From an uncultured Clostridia bacterium (lineage in GTDB: Bacteria; Bacillota; Clostridia; Christensenellales; Borkfalkiaceae), in NCBI GenBank assembly GCA_945949395.1, contig CAMFEK010000006.1, forward strand, positions 2,930-66,929: a DNA stretch of 64,000 nucleotides, written 5' to 3'. The first letter of the stretch is position 1. Each line of letters starts with the position of its first letter. The notes under the pieces are model-generated. The model searched no databases. It had not been told where the DNA came from and saw only the letters and a list, made by a program, of their open reading frames with translations. Below, one piece after another: positions 46,809 through 56,450 of the stretch. A program made the translations under genes and the position numbers.

Positions 46809-47300
46809 ATGGATAAACTGGGAAAGGAAATTCTCGATATTTTGAACGAAGACTGCCGCTATTCGGCGGAAAAGATAGCCGTCATGCTCGGCGAGGAGGA
46901 ACAGACCGTCGCCGCCCGCATCAAGGAAATGGAGGAGGCGGGCGTCATCGTAAAATATATGGCGATCGTCAATTCCGAACTCATAGAGGAAGAGACGGTG
47001 GAGGCGCTCATCGAAGTCAAGGTCACCCCCCAGCGCGGGCAGGGTTTCGACGGTCTCGCCGAGCGGGTGTCCTCGCACAAGGAGGTCAAGGGGGTATACC
47101 TCATGAGCGGCGCGTACGACCTCGCCGTGTTCGTGGAGGGAAAATCCCTGCGCTCCATCTCCCGATTCGTCTCCGAAAAGATCTCCACCTTCGATTGCGT
47201 CATTTCCACGGCGACGCACTTCATCTTGAAGAAGTATAAGATCGAGGGCACCGTGACGAAAAAGCAAGAGGACACGATGAGGTTGTCCGTTCAGCCATGA
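46809..47300 (+). CDS. Lrp/AsnC-family transcriptional regulator.
   Basis: N-terminal HTH (ILDILNEDCRYSAEKIAVMLG...) and a C-terminal RAM domain. Overlaps the downstream aminotransferase by 4 bp. Confidence 0.85.
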   Translation: MDKLGKEILDILNEDCRYSAEKIAVMLGEEEQTVAARIKEMEEAGVIVKYMAIVNSELIEEETVEALIEVKVTPQRGQGFDGLAERVSSHKEVKGVYLMSGAYDLAVFVEGKSLRSISRFVSEKISTFDCVISTATHFILKKYKIEGTVTKKQEDTMRLSVQP

Positions 47301-48469
47301 GAAGTTTCGTCAACGAGCGCGCATCCAAATTAAAACCGAGCGGGATACGGAAATTTTTCGATATCGTTCACGAGCGCAAGAACGCCATTTCGCTCGGCGT
47401 CGGCGAACCCGACTTCGTGACCCCTTGGGATATCCGCGACGCGGGCATTCGCTCCGTGCAAAAGGGCAGAACGCAGTACACGGGCAACCGCGGACTTCCC
47501 GAACTCAGGGAATACATCTCCCGCTACTTAAAGGAACGCTTTCAGGCGGAGTATTCTCCCGACCGCATCATCGTCACGGTGGGCGCGTCCGAGGGGATAG
47601 ACCTCACCCTTCGCGCCGTCTGCGAAGAGGGGGACGAAATCCTCATTCCCGACCCCAGCTACGTCTCCTACGAGCCCTGCGTAAAGCTCAATAACGCAAT
47701 CCCCGTCTGCGTTCGCTGCAAGGCGGACAACGGCTTTATCCTCACGCCCGAATCCCTCGAAGAGAGCATCACGGAAAGGACGAAGGCGCTCATTCTCGCC
47801 TATCCCAACAACCCCACGGGCGGGATCATGACGAAGCAGCAGCTCGAGGCGATTATTCCCGTCATCGAAAAGCACGATCTCCTCGTCATCTCCGACGAGA
47901 TCTACGCCGAGCTCACCTACGGGCAAAAGCACGTCTCCATCGCCTCCTTGCCCGGCATGAAGGAGCGCACCGTGCTCATCAACGGATTTTCCAAGGCGTT
48001 CGCCATGACGGGTTGGCGGCTCGGCTATCTCTGTTGCCCGCCCGAAATCGACGAGGCGGTGTTCAAGATCCATCAGTACGCCATCATGTGCGCGCCGACC
48101 ATGAGTCAGTACGCCGCGCTGTACGCCTTAAAGACGGGTTTTGAAGATAATTTTTCCACCGTCGAGGAGATGCACGACGAGTACAATCGCCGCCGTCGCT
48201 TTATCGTGAGCAGTTTCAATCAGATGGGGCTCACCTGTTTCGAGCCGAAAGGGGCGTTCTACGTGTTCCCCTCGGTGGAGAGCACCTCTCTCACGGGCGA
48301 GGAATTTGCCACCCGCCTGTTACAGGAAAAGGACGTGGCGGTCGTGCCCGGCAGCGCCTTCGGCGAATGCGGAACCTATCATATCCGCTGTTCGTACGCC
48401 ACCAGCATGGAACGCATCGGCATCGCCATGGAGCGCACGCAGGCATTTTTGAAGGATTTGAAGAAATAG
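47297..48469 (+). CDS. Pyridoxal-phosphate-dependent aminotransferase, class I (aspartate/aromatic aminotransferase-like).
   Basis: 390 aa. PLP-lysine context (INGFSKAFAMTGWRLGY) and fold-type I motifs. Confidence 0.88.
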   Translation: MRSFVNERASKLKPSGIRKFFDIVHERKNAISLGVGEPDFVTPWDIRDAGIRSVQKGRTQYTGNRGLPELREYISRYLKERFQAEYSPDRIIVTVGASEGIDLTLRAVCEEGDEILIPDPSYVSYEPCVKLNNAIPVCVRCKADNGFILTPESLEESITERTKALILAYPNNPTGGIMTKQQLEAIIPVIEKHDLLVISDEIYAELTYGQKHVSIASLPGMKERTVLINGFSKAFAMTGWRLGYLCCPPEIDEAVFKIHQYAIMCAPTMSQYAALYALKTGFEDNFSTVEEMHDEYNRRRRFIVSSFNQMGLTCFEPKGAFYVFPSVESTSLTGEEFATRLLQEKDVAVVPGSAFGECGTYHIRCSYATSMERIGIAMERTQAFLKDLKK

Positions 48470-48596
48470 GGCGCAAGCAAATCAAATCGAGTTGACAAAC
48501 CGTAAAAAAAGGGTTATACTCAACAGTGCGTAGAAAATTTTTACCGTGGCTCCTCATTAGCCACGGTTGTATTTATAAAAGAAACGAGGTAATAAA

Positions 48597-49064
48597 ATGG
48601 CAGAAAAATTTTATATGACCAAAAAAGGTTACGAGGAAGCAGTAGAACGCTTGAAGTACCTGCAAACGGTAAAGCGTCAGGAGATCGTGGAGCGCATCGC
48701 GGAAGCGAGAAGTCACGGCGACCTCTCCGAAAACGCCGAATACGACGCGGCTCGCAACGAGCAGTCCGCCAACGAGGGCGAAATCGCCGATCTCGAATAT
48801 AAGGTAAAGAACGTCGAGATCATCGAGGAGAACAACGACTCCTCCTCCGTCCATTTGCAGTCCACCGTAACCGTTTACGATATCGAAATGGAGGAAGAGG
48901 CGGTGTACGAGATCACCGGCTCCACCGAAGCGGACGCCATGCACAATAAAATTTCCAACGAATCCCCCATGGGCGCCGCCCTTCTCCGTCACAAAGTCGG
49001 CGACGTCGTCACCGTGCATGCCCCGGACGGGGATTATCAGGTCGAGATTCGCGCCATCAAATGA
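48597..49064 (+). CDS. greA: Transcription elongation factor GreA.
   Basis: 155 aa. N-terminal coiled coil with acidic tip residues. C-terminal FKBP-like domain (…GAALLRHKVGDVVTVHAPDGDYQVEI…). Confidence 0.92.
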   Translation: MAEKFYMTKKGYEEAVERLKYLQTVKRQEIVERIAEARSHGDLSENAEYDAARNEQSANEGEIADLEYKVKNVEIIEENNDSSSVHLQSTVTVYDIEMEEEAVYEITGSTEADAMHNKISNESPMGAALLRHKVGDVVTVHAPDGDYQVEIRAIK

Positions 49065-49109
49065 TTTGAGTTCGTCTTTTTCCGCAATTTTGGGTCGCAT
49101 TCATCTCGA

Positions 49110-49410
49110 ATAACAGTGTCGCGTTTGCGTTTTTCCTCGGTCACGTACGCGTAAGTACGCTCTCTTCGGAAAATCCGCACGCTCCTTGTTCTTCGAGCGA
49201 CTGCTTTCCCAAAACGGCACGAAAAGATTCTTTCCGCAATACGGTGTCGTCTTTGCGTTTTCCCTCGGTCACTTACGGGTAAGTAAGCTCCCATCGGGAA
49301 AGCCGCAGACTCCTTGTCTTGCGAAAAAATACTTTCTCAAACGGGTCGCGCACTTCTCCTTGTCTTGCGAAAAAATACTTTCTCAAACGGGCGGACGCGG
49401 GCGAGCGCAT
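49110..49410 (+). repeat. Tandem direct repeats (~100-nt unit x2, plus a third copy of the 3' 36-nt segment) in the greA-lysS intergenic region.
   Basis: Unit A 49117-49220 and unit B 49232-49340 are about 75% identical. The tail ctccttgtcttgcgaaaaaatactttctcaaacggg is repeated exactly at 49312-49347 and 49360-49395. Each unit carries a 5-bp hairpin with compensatory changes: cgtac-gcgtaa-gtacg in A versus cttac-gggtaa-gtaag in B. Confidence 0.7.
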
Positions 49411-49464
49411 AGGCGAATCGGGCGCTAAGACGCCCCCCCTCAAAAAAAATTATAGGAAACAGAA

Positions 49465-50964
49465 ATGGAAAATAACGAAATATCTTTAGAAGAACAGCAA
49501 AAGCAATTTGCCGAACAGGAGCGCATTCGCAGAGAAAAGCTCGCCAAGATGCAGGCGGAAGGCAACAATCCCTACGCCAAAGTAAAATTCGACGTCACCG
49601 CAAAGTCCGCCGAGATCAAGGCGAACTTCGAGGCGTTTGAAAACAAAGAGGTCAGCGTCGCGGGGCGGCTCATGAGCAAGCGCGTCATGGGCAAGGCGTC
49701 CTTCTCCGTCCTCTCCGATAAGGAGGGCAGGATCCAGATCTACCTCTCCAAAAACGACTTGGGCGAGGAAGTTTACGCCTCCTTCAAAAAGGAATACGAC
49801 ATCGGCGACATTTTAGGCGTCACGGGATTCGTGTTCAAGACGCAGACGGGGGAGATCACCGTCCACGCGCAGAAGATCGAAATGCTCACCAAGTCTCTCC
49901 GTCCCCTGCCCGAAAAGTTCCACGGTCTCGTCGACACGGACATGAAGTACCGTCAAAGGGATCTCGACCTCATCATGAATCAGGAGGTGCGGGAAACCTT
50001 CTTCAAGAGAACGGCTATTTTGAAGGCGCTCCGCGAGTTCCTCGACAACAGGGGCTTTACGGAAGTGGAGACGCCCGTCCTTCTCCCCATCGAGATCGGC
50101 GCGGACGCACGCCCCTTCAAGACGCATCACAACGCGCTCGATATCGACATGTTCATGCGCATCGAGACGGAGCTCTACTTAAAGCGCCTCATCGTCGGCG
50201 GCATGGAAAAGGTCTACGAAGTGGGCAGAATCTTCCGCAACGAGGGCATGGACGCCACGCATAACCCCGAATTTACCTCCATCGAGCTGTACGAGGCGTA
50301 TCGCGATTACAAATATCTGATGGATCTCGTAGAGGAGATGTACCGTTTCGTCGCCGAAAAGGTGAACGGCACCTCCGTCGTCACCTATCAGGGCGTCGAG
50401 ATCGATCTTTCCAAGTGGGAACGCCTCACCATGGCGGAGGCAGTCGAAAAGTATTCGGGCGTCAAGTATTCCTCGTGGGCAACCGTCGAGGACGCCATCG
50501 CCTGCGCGAAAGAGAAGGGCGTAGAGCTTTCCGACGACGACAAAAAGGACAAGGGGCATATCCTTGCCGCCTTCTTCGACGCGTTCGTGGAGGAACATCT
50601 CGTTCAGCCCACCTTCATTTACGATTATCCCGTTGAAATTTCCCCTCTCGCCAAGAGAAAGCCCTCCGATCCCACCATGACGGAGCGTTTCGAGTTCTTT
50701 ATTCTCGGTCACGAATACGGCAACGCCTTCTCCGAGCTCAACGATCCCATCGATCAGCGGGAGCGCATGGAAAAGCAAGCGGCGGCAAAGCGCGCGCAGG
50801 GCGCCAACGCGCAGGTGGACGAAGAATTTATCACCGCGCTCGAATACGGACTTCCCCCCACGGGCGGGTTGGGCATCGGTGTCGATCGCCTCGTCATGCT
50901 CTTAACGGACAGCACTTCGATCCGCGACGTACTCCTCTTCCCCACCATGAAGCCCAAAAAATAA
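49465..50964 (+). CDS. lysS: Lysine--tRNA ligase (class II).
   Basis: 499 aa. N-terminal OB anticodon-binding domain. Class II motifs (FRNEG; [13 protein letters not shown]). Confidence 0.93.
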   Translation: MENNEISLEEQQKQFAEQERIRREKLAKMQAEGNNPYAKVKFDVTAKSAEIKANFEAFENKEVSVAGRLMSKRVMGKASFSVLSDKEGRIQIYLSKNDLGEEVYASFKKEYDIGDILGVTGFVFKTQTGEITVHAQKIEMLTKSLRPLPEKFHGLVDTDMKYRQRDLDLIMNQEVRETFFKRTAILKALREFLDNRGFTEVETPVLLPIEIGADARPFKTHHNALDIDMFMRIETELYLKRLIVGGMEKVYEVGRIFRNEGMDATHNPEFTSIELYEAYRDYKYLMDLVEEMYRFVAEKVNGTSVVTYQGVEIDLSKWERLTMAEAVEKYSGVKYSSWATVEDAIACAKEKGVELSDDDKKDKGHILAAFFDAFVEEHLVQPTFIYDYPVEISPLAKRKPSDPTMTERFEFFILGHEYGNAFSELNDPIDQRERMEKQAAAKRAQGANAQVDEEFITALEYGLPPTGGLGIGVDRLVMLLTDSTSIRDVLLFPTMKPKK

Positions 50965-50980
50965 ATAATTCATGACGGGC

Positions 50981-51010
50981 GCAGAAGGAGTTTCTGCGCC
51001 CCTTTTGTAA
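50981..51010 (+). terminator. Rho-independent terminator of lysS.
   Basis: Hairpin ggcgcagaa-ggagtt-tctgcgcc followed by ccttttgt. Confidence 0.6.
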
Positions 51011-51021
51011 AAAGGATCGCT

Positions 51022-51939
51022 ATGGACGCAAAAATCAACAAACAAAGACTTTCCAACCTCTTCTCCTACGACTGGCTGAAGATCGCCGTTCTCATCGTCG
51101 CATCCGTCTTTTTTTGGAACGTCGCGCTCTCCACGCTCGGAACAAAACCCACCATGGCGCAGCAGATGTTCTTCATTTACTACGACGATCTCTACGCGGG
51201 TCAGGACGCCGACGCGCTCGAGAAAAAGCTGGTCAAGACGGACGAGGCGGACGGCGTGTTCTCTTCCGAGGTCTTTGAATGCTATTCCCTGTATCTCTCT
51301 TCCGACCCCTCTTACGCGGGGCTCGCCCTCTCCATGCGCATGGCGGCGGGGCAGTATTCCTTCGGGTTTGCCTCAAATACCGAGCGGGAGGAGGGCGTCA
51401 CCTATTTGGAAGAGTTCCTTTCGAGCTGTTACGTGCTCGTAGAGGATCTCGATACCTATTTTGCGGACGCCGAGGCGTATTTTACCGCCTACTACGGGGA
51501 AGATATGGAAAACGGCTCCTTAAACAGCTCGTATCTGGAAGAGCAGTTCCGCGCCCGCTGTAAAGGGGATAAGCGCTACCGCAGCGAAAAGAATATCCGA
51601 AAGGGGTTAGAGGAGGAGGCGCTCCGCATCGAAAAGACGAAAAACTCCTACCTCACCGTGAAAAAGGCTTTATTTGAGGGCGTCCTCTCCGTTCAGCCCT
51701 CCACCCTCACGAGCGAGGAGACGGGGGAGCGCTTCACCAAAAATTATTCCTTCGATCTCGGCGGCTCGCGCCTTTCCGCCCTCTCCCGCCTGCTGTATCG
51801 GGAGGAGGACGGCGTGCAGACGGCAAAGGACGTTCGCCTCTTCTTCTTCCGCCTCACCAAAGACGCGCATCAGTATATGCGCTTTGAAAAATTAAACTAT
51901 CTCGCGTATCTGTTGGATACGTATGCCGACCGCTTATGA
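51022..51939 (+). CDS. Hypothetical membrane-anchored protein.
   Basis: 305-aa ORF with an N-terminal TM helix. Overlaps the next gene by 4 bp. Confidence 0.5.
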   Translation: MDAKINKQRLSNLFSYDWLKIAVLIVASVFFWNVALSTLGTKPTMAQQMFFIYYDDLYAGQDADALEKKLVKTDEADGVFSSEVFECYSLYLSSDPSYAGLALSMRMAAGQYSFGFASNTEREEGVTYLEEFLSSCYVLVEDLDTYFADAEAYFTAYYGEDMENGSLNSSYLEEQFRARCKGDKRYRSEKNIRKGLEEEALRIEKTKNSYLTVKKALFEGVLSVQPSTLTSEETGERFTKNYSFDLGGSRLSALSRLLYREEDGVQTAKDVRLFFFRLTKDAHQYMRFEKLNYLAYLLDTYADRL

Positions 51940-53204
51940 AACTCGATCAAAAGACCTTAAAAGAATGTCGCATCTATAAGATGCTCGAAAAGAGCAAACA
52001 ACATATCTCCTTCCACACCCCCGGTCACAAGGTGGGCAAGTGGGATATCACCGAACTCTCCTTTTCCGACAATCTCTCCGCCCCCACGGGCGTTCTCGCC
52101 GAGGCGGAAAGGGATATCGCGGAGGAGCTCGGCGCCGCGCGCAGCTTCATCTCCACCGACGGCAGCACCATGGGCGTGTTCGCCATGATTTACGCCAGCG
52201 GCGCGTGCAAGCTCCTCATTCCCAAAAATTCGCACAAGAGCGTGTATAACGCCTGCTATATCATGGGCAAGCGGACGGTCGTCGTCAATAACGACGTGCT
52301 GGACGGCATACCGCAACCCCTTTCGCCCGACCGCATCTCCTCTCATTTGGAGGGCGTAGAGGCGGTTCTTATTACCTATCCCGACTACTACGGCAATCTC
52401 AGCGATCTTTGGGCGATCAAAAAGCTCTGCGAAAAGAAGGGGATCCCCCTGCTCGTCGACGGGGCGCACGGCTCTGCCTTCAAGGGGAGCGAGCTGCACG
52501 CGAGCCGTTTTGCCGATATGTGGGTGGACGGCGTGCACAAGGGACTTCCCTGCCTCACGCAGGGCGCCGTCGTCTCGGCGAACGAAAAGTACGCGGAGGC
52601 GCTCGCCGAGGGGGTGGATATCTTCCGCACCACCAGTCCCAACTATCTGTTGATGGCGTCCGTGGAATACGCCGTCAAGTCCCGCGCCAACGAAAAGATC
52701 GAACGCGCGATCATAAAGTTCAAAGAAAAGACGGGCGCCTACCAAAACGGCGACTGGACGAAAGCCGTCTATTCCTTCGGAAAGAACGCCTTCGCCGCGC
52801 AAAAGTATTTGGAAAAGAAGGGGATTTACCCCGAATTTTGCGACGGCGACAACATCATGTTCTATTTCTCCCGCGAGACGAAAAAAAGCGAGCTGAAAAA
52901 GCTGAAACGGGTACTTTACAGGGCGAAAAAGAAGTTTCCCCCTTCCCTCCGCCTGACGCCCGAAAACGTTCAGGGCAGGAAGGGGCTGGAGATCGAAGAA
53001 GTCCCCCTGGAGGGCTCGGAGGGCAGAATTTGCGCCGTCGCGTGCGGACTCTTCCCCCCTTGCACGCCGCTTGTCGCCTCGGGCGAACGCGTGACGGCGG
53101 ACAGCGTGGAAAAGCTCATGCAGGCGGAAAATTTCTTCGGACTCACCGTCCGAACGGACGAGGACGGGGAAAGCGTCCGCTGTATTCAAGTATTTAAGGA
53201 TTAA
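51936..53204 (+). CDS. Orn/Lys/Arg decarboxylase-family PLP enzyme (YaaO-like).
   Basis: Fold-type I PLP pattern (SFHTPGHK near the N-terminus; …LVDGAHGSAF…). Position upstream of tmk, as yaaO is in B. subtilis. The 615-aa minus-strand ORF opposite is an artifact. Confidence 0.75.
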   Translation: MKLDQKTLKECRIYKMLEKSKQHISFHTPGHKVGKWDITELSFSDNLSAPTGVLAEAERDIAEELGAARSFISTDGSTMGVFAMIYASGACKLLIPKNSHKSVYNACYIMGKRTVVVNNDVLDGIPQPLSPDRISSHLEGVEAVLITYPDYYGNLSDLWAIKKLCEKKGIPLLVDGAHGSAFKGSELHASRFADMWVDGVHKGLPCLTQGAVVSANEKYAEALAEGVDIFRTTSPNYLLMASVEYAVKSRANEKIERAIIKFKEKTGAYQNGDWTKAVYSFGKNAFAAQKYLEKKGIYPEFCDGDNIMFYFSRETKKSELKKLKRVLYRAKKKFPPSLRLTPENVQGRKGLEIEEVPLEGSEGRICAVACGLFPPCTPLVASGERVTADSVEKLMQAENFFGLTVRTDEDGESVRCIQVFKD

Positions 53205-53222
53205 AAATATTCGGGAGTCGTC

Positions 53223-53846
53223 ATGAAAGGAAAATTCATCACCTTCGAGGGTTGCGAGGGGGCGGGCAAGAGCACGCAACTGCAACTTCTTTCCAAGTAT
53301 CTCAAAGAGCGCGCCATCGAGCATATCTTCACCCGCGAGCCGGGCGGCAATCCCGTTTCGGAAAAGATTCGCGCGCTCATTCTCGACGGGGCGAATACCG
53401 CCATGACGAGCGAGTGCGAGGCGCTTTTGTACGCCGCCTCCCGCGCGCAGGTCATCTCCGACGTCATCGTTCCCGCGCTCGATCAGGGCAAAATCGTCGT
53501 TTGCGATCGCTACCTCGACTCCTCGCTCGCCTATCAGGGCTTCGCGCGGGGGCTCGGGATCGACTTCGTGGAAAGAATCAACTCTTTCGCCCTGCAAAGG
53601 TGCCTGCCCGACGTCACTTTTTTTCTCGATCTCGATCCCGTTTCGGCGTTTGAACGCAAGAGTGGCGCGGACGAAAACGACAGAATGGAGCAGGCGGGCA
53701 TCGCCTTTCACAAAAAGGTGTACGAGGGATATCTCGCCCTCGCCGAGCGCTATCCCGAACGCTTTCTTCGTCTGGACGCGAGGCGCGGCGCAAACGAGAT
53801 ACACGAAGACGTCGTTCGCATCTTAAAGGACAGGCATATTCTATGA
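53223..53846 (+). CDS. tmk: Thymidylate kinase.
   Basis: P-loop (FITFEGCEGAGKSTQ), DRY motif (CDRYLDSSLAYQG) and lid region. Confidence 0.93.
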   Translation: MKGKFITFEGCEGAGKSTQLQLLSKYLKERAIEHIFTREPGGNPVSEKIRALILDGANTAMTSECEALLYAASRAQVISDVIVPALDQGKIVVCDRYLDSSLAYQGFARGLGIDFVERINSFALQRCLPDVTFFLDLDPVSAFERKSGADENDRMEQAGIAFHKKVYEGYLALAERYPERFLRLDARRGANEIHEDVVRILKDRHIL

Positions 53847-54772
53847 AAGAGTTGATACAAACGCAGAGCGCGGCGCGCATCTTTTCGCGCGAGGCGCAAG
53901 GGGGGAAACTTGCGCACGCCTACCTCTTCGTCTTTCCCGACGAAAAATATTTACGCTTTTTATTAAAGCATTTCGCCAAAATTTTGCTTTCCGCCTCCGA
54001 GCGGGTGCAGTCCCTCATCGACAAGGAGTGCTTTTCCGACTGCAAGATCTATCCCGCGGCGGAGAGCAAGTTCAGCGTGAGCGACGCCAACGCGATTTTG
54101 GAAGATCACACCCTTCGCCCCTTGGAGGGGGAGAAAAAGGTGTACCTTCTCGACCGCTTTCACGAGGCGTCCGTCTCCGTGCAGAACAAGCTATTGAAGG
54201 CGCTCGAAGAGCCGCCCGCAGGCGTGTATTTTCTCCTCGGCGTCACCTCGGAGTTTCCCGTCCTGCCCACCGTGCTCTCGCGCGTGAGAAAGATGGTCTT
54301 TCCCCCCTTTACCGAGGAGCAGGTGCTCTCCTTTCTGAAGCGGCACTATCCCGATCGGGAAAATCTGTCCGATTTTGCGGCGTCCTCGGGCGGGATCGTG
54401 TCGGAGGCGGAGGCGCTTTTGAGCGGTTCGTACTATGGAGAGATTCTCTCCCTCTGCCTCGCCGTCGCGTCCATGCGGGAGTGCGATCTCCCCTTTTTGT
54501 CGGCAAGAGCCGCTGCCTGCAAGTACAAGAGCGAATTTTTATCCCTTTTAAGGCTTGTATTTCGCGACGTTTTAATGTATAATAGTAAGGGGACGCCCCT
54601 CTTGAAGGGCGTTTCCCTCGAAAATATTGCAAAAGAATACAGCGCCGCCGCTTGCGTGGCGGTTTTGGAGAGCATCGTTGTCGCCGAGCGGGATATGAAG
54701 TTTAATTCCTCCTTCCCCCAGCTCGTCGAAAATCTGCTCATCACCATCATAAAGGAGAAAGAAAAATGCTGA
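53843..54772 (+). CDS. holB: DNA polymerase III delta-prime subunit.
   Basis: AAA+ clamp-loader fold with a degenerate Walker A (HAYLFVFPD). Follows tmk with a 4-bp overlap. Confidence 0.75.
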   Translation: MKELIQTQSAARIFSREAQGGKLAHAYLFVFPDEKYLRFLLKHFAKILLSASERVQSLIDKECFSDCKIYPAAESKFSVSDANAILEDHTLRPLEGEKKVYLLDRFHEASVSVQNKLLKALEEPPAGVYFLLGVTSEFPVLPTVLSRVRKMVFPPFTEEQVLSFLKRHYPDRENLSDFAASSGGIVSEAEALLSGSYYGEILSLCLAVASMRECDLPFLSARAAACKYKSEFLSLLRLVFRDVLMYNSKGTPLLKGVSLENIAKEYSAAACVAVLESIVVAERDMKFNSSFPQLVENLLITIIKEKEKC

Positions 54773-55641
54773 AAATCGTAGGCGTAAAATTCAAAGACGG
54801 CGGTAAAATTTACTATTTTGCCCCCAACCCGCAGGATACCTACCAAAAGAATATGGGCGTCATCGTGGAGACGAGCAAGGGCACGGAGTACGCCACCGTC
54901 GTGTACCCTTCTCTCGAAGTCACCGACGATCAGATCGTCTCCCCCTTAAAGACGATCACCCGCATCGCCACGGACAAGGATAAGGAGCAGATAGAACGCA
55001 ATATCGCCCGTCGCCCGCAGGCGATGAAACTGTGTCAGGAAAAAATCGAAAAGCACAACCTCGACATGAAACTCATCGATTGCGAATTTACCTTCGACGG
55101 CAGTAAGGTGGTGTTCTTCTTCACGTCGGATAAGCGCGTGGACTTCCGCGAGCTGGTAAAGGATTTGGCGGCAATCTTCCACATCCGCATCGAGCTCCGT
55201 CAGGTCGGCATTCGCGACGAAACGAAACTTCTCGGCGGCATCGCGCCCTGCGGCAGGGTGTGCTGTTGCGCCAGCTGTATGCCCGACTTTAGAAAGGTGA
55301 GCATCAAGATGGCAAAGACGCAGGGTCTCTCCCTCAATCCCACCAAGATCAGCGGGCTTTGCGGCAGACTCATGTGCTGTCTCGAATACGAAAACGATTA
55401 CTACGCCGAGGCGGGCAAAAAGATGCCGAAAATCGGCAGCGAGGTGGACTCCCCCGACGGCAAGGGCGTCGTGCTCTCCACCAACATGATCAAGATGGAG
55501 GTCAAGATCAAGATCCCCGTATCGGAGGGGAACTATATCTACCGCGACTTCCCCGTGGAAAAGCTCAAGTTCAAAAAGAACTGTCCCTGCGGCAAGAACG
55601 GCAAGGAAAAGGAAGAGATAGCCGAGGAAACCGATTCTTAA
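54766..55641 (+). CDS. ricT: PSP1-domain stage 0 sporulation protein YaaT/RicT.
   Basis: PSP1 C-terminal domain with a Cys cluster (CGRVCCCASCMPDF...CGRLMCCLEYE). Conserved synteny after holB. Confidence 0.85.
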   Translation: MLKIVGVKFKDGGKIYYFAPNPQDTYQKNMGVIVETSKGTEYATVVYPSLEVTDDQIVSPLKTITRIATDKDKEQIERNIARRPQAMKLCQEKIEKHNLDMKLIDCEFTFDGSKVVFFFTSDKRVDFRELVKDLAAIFHIRIELRQVGIRDETKLLGGIAPCGRVCCCASCMPDFRKVSIKMAKTQGLSLNPTKISGLCGRLMCCLEYENDYYAEAGKKMPKIGSEVDSPDGKGVVLSTNMIKMEVKIKIPVSEGNYIYRDFPVEKLKFKKNCPCGKNGKEKEEIAEETDS

Positions 55642-55649
55642 ATGAAAAA

Positions 55650-55680
55650 ACTTTGCCCCGAACGGGGCAATTTTTTTATG
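55650..55680 (+). terminator. Rho-independent terminator of the tmk-holB-ricT operon.
   Basis: Hairpin ttgccccg-aac-ggggcaa followed by tttttttatg. Confidence 0.65.
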
Positions 55681-55765
55681 TCCGCGGGCGGGTCGTCTAT
55701 ATAAATTTGGAAAAAAGTGAGAAAAAACGCCTTTCTCAAACGATGATAAGGTGAAACGAGAAAAA

Positions 55766-55831
55766 GGGACAGAAGTGTCCCCAAAAAGGGACAGAACTGT
55801 CCCTTGACTTTTCGGAACTCGGTGCTATAAT
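55766..55831 (+). promoter_or_regulatory. Two GGGACA-N4-TGTCCC palindromes abutting the promoter of the lipoprotein paralog pair.
   Basis: GGGACAGAAGTGTCCC at 55766-55781 and GGGACAGAACTGTCCC at 55788-55803. Then TTGACT at 55804-55809, a 16-bp spacer, TATAAT at 55826-55831. Confidence 0.55.
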
Positions 55832-55855
55832 AAAGGAAAAAAGAGAAGGTGTAAT

Positions 55856-56395
55856 ATGAAAAGAACGGCAAACAGATTCAAAAGGCTGATCGTGCTGCTT
55901 TGTTTAACGGTCGCAATGGTTTTTGGCGGGTGCGGCGTCGAGCCGCAGCCTGTGGCGGCGCACCCTGCGGTGGGCGAGTTGAGCTCTAAAAAGGCAACCG
56001 AGATACGGCAAGCGTATTACGAAGAAAACTATGTTCACGGCGTTTATACCGGTAAGATAGAGATAATAAGAATTATAGAATATTTCGGAAATTTTCACGG
56101 TTGTGAGTTGATCCTTTTGATTGATTATAATTTGCATAAAGCTGCTTCTGATCCGGCAACTTTTGATACGACCGAAGAGAATATTGTATATCACGTTTAT
56201 GATTTTTACGGATTAATTGTATATCTTGAGCCGGAGGTCTATCCCGACGTGGAAAACAATGTTCTTTATATCTCAACCGCTTACGAGCAAGGATATTTTA
56301 CGAAAGAGGATATCGAAGAGTGGGATAAAAAGTATACTATTTATGATGTGGAAAACGCTTATACTAAGGACAGACATGAATATTATCCGTCATAA
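55856..56395 (+). CDS. Lipoprotein, paralog A of a tandem pair.
   Basis: Signal and lipobox LIVLLCLTVAMVFGGCG. The first ~240 nt are about 95% identical to paralog B, including the RBS. The 3' half is AT-rich and diverged. Confidence 0.7.
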   Translation: MKRTANRFKRLIVLLCLTVAMVFGGCGVEPQPVAAHPAVGELSSKKATEIRQAYYEENYVHGVYTGKIEIIRIIEYFGNFHGCELILLIDYNLHKAASDPATFDTTEENIVYHVYDFYGLIVYLEPEVYPDVENNVLYISTAYEQGYFTKEDIEEWDKKYTIYDVENAYTKDRHEYYPS

Positions 56396-56450
56396 ATATC
56401 CGTAAAGAAAAAAGTTCTCAAAAAATAAAGGAAAAAAGAGAAGGTATTGT

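Noticed and set aside
51957-53804. 615-aa ORF on the minus strand.
   Set aside because: It is antisense to the yaaO-like decarboxylase and tmk, both strongly supported. The sequence is Arg/Gly/Ala-rich, typical of a high-GC frame artifact.
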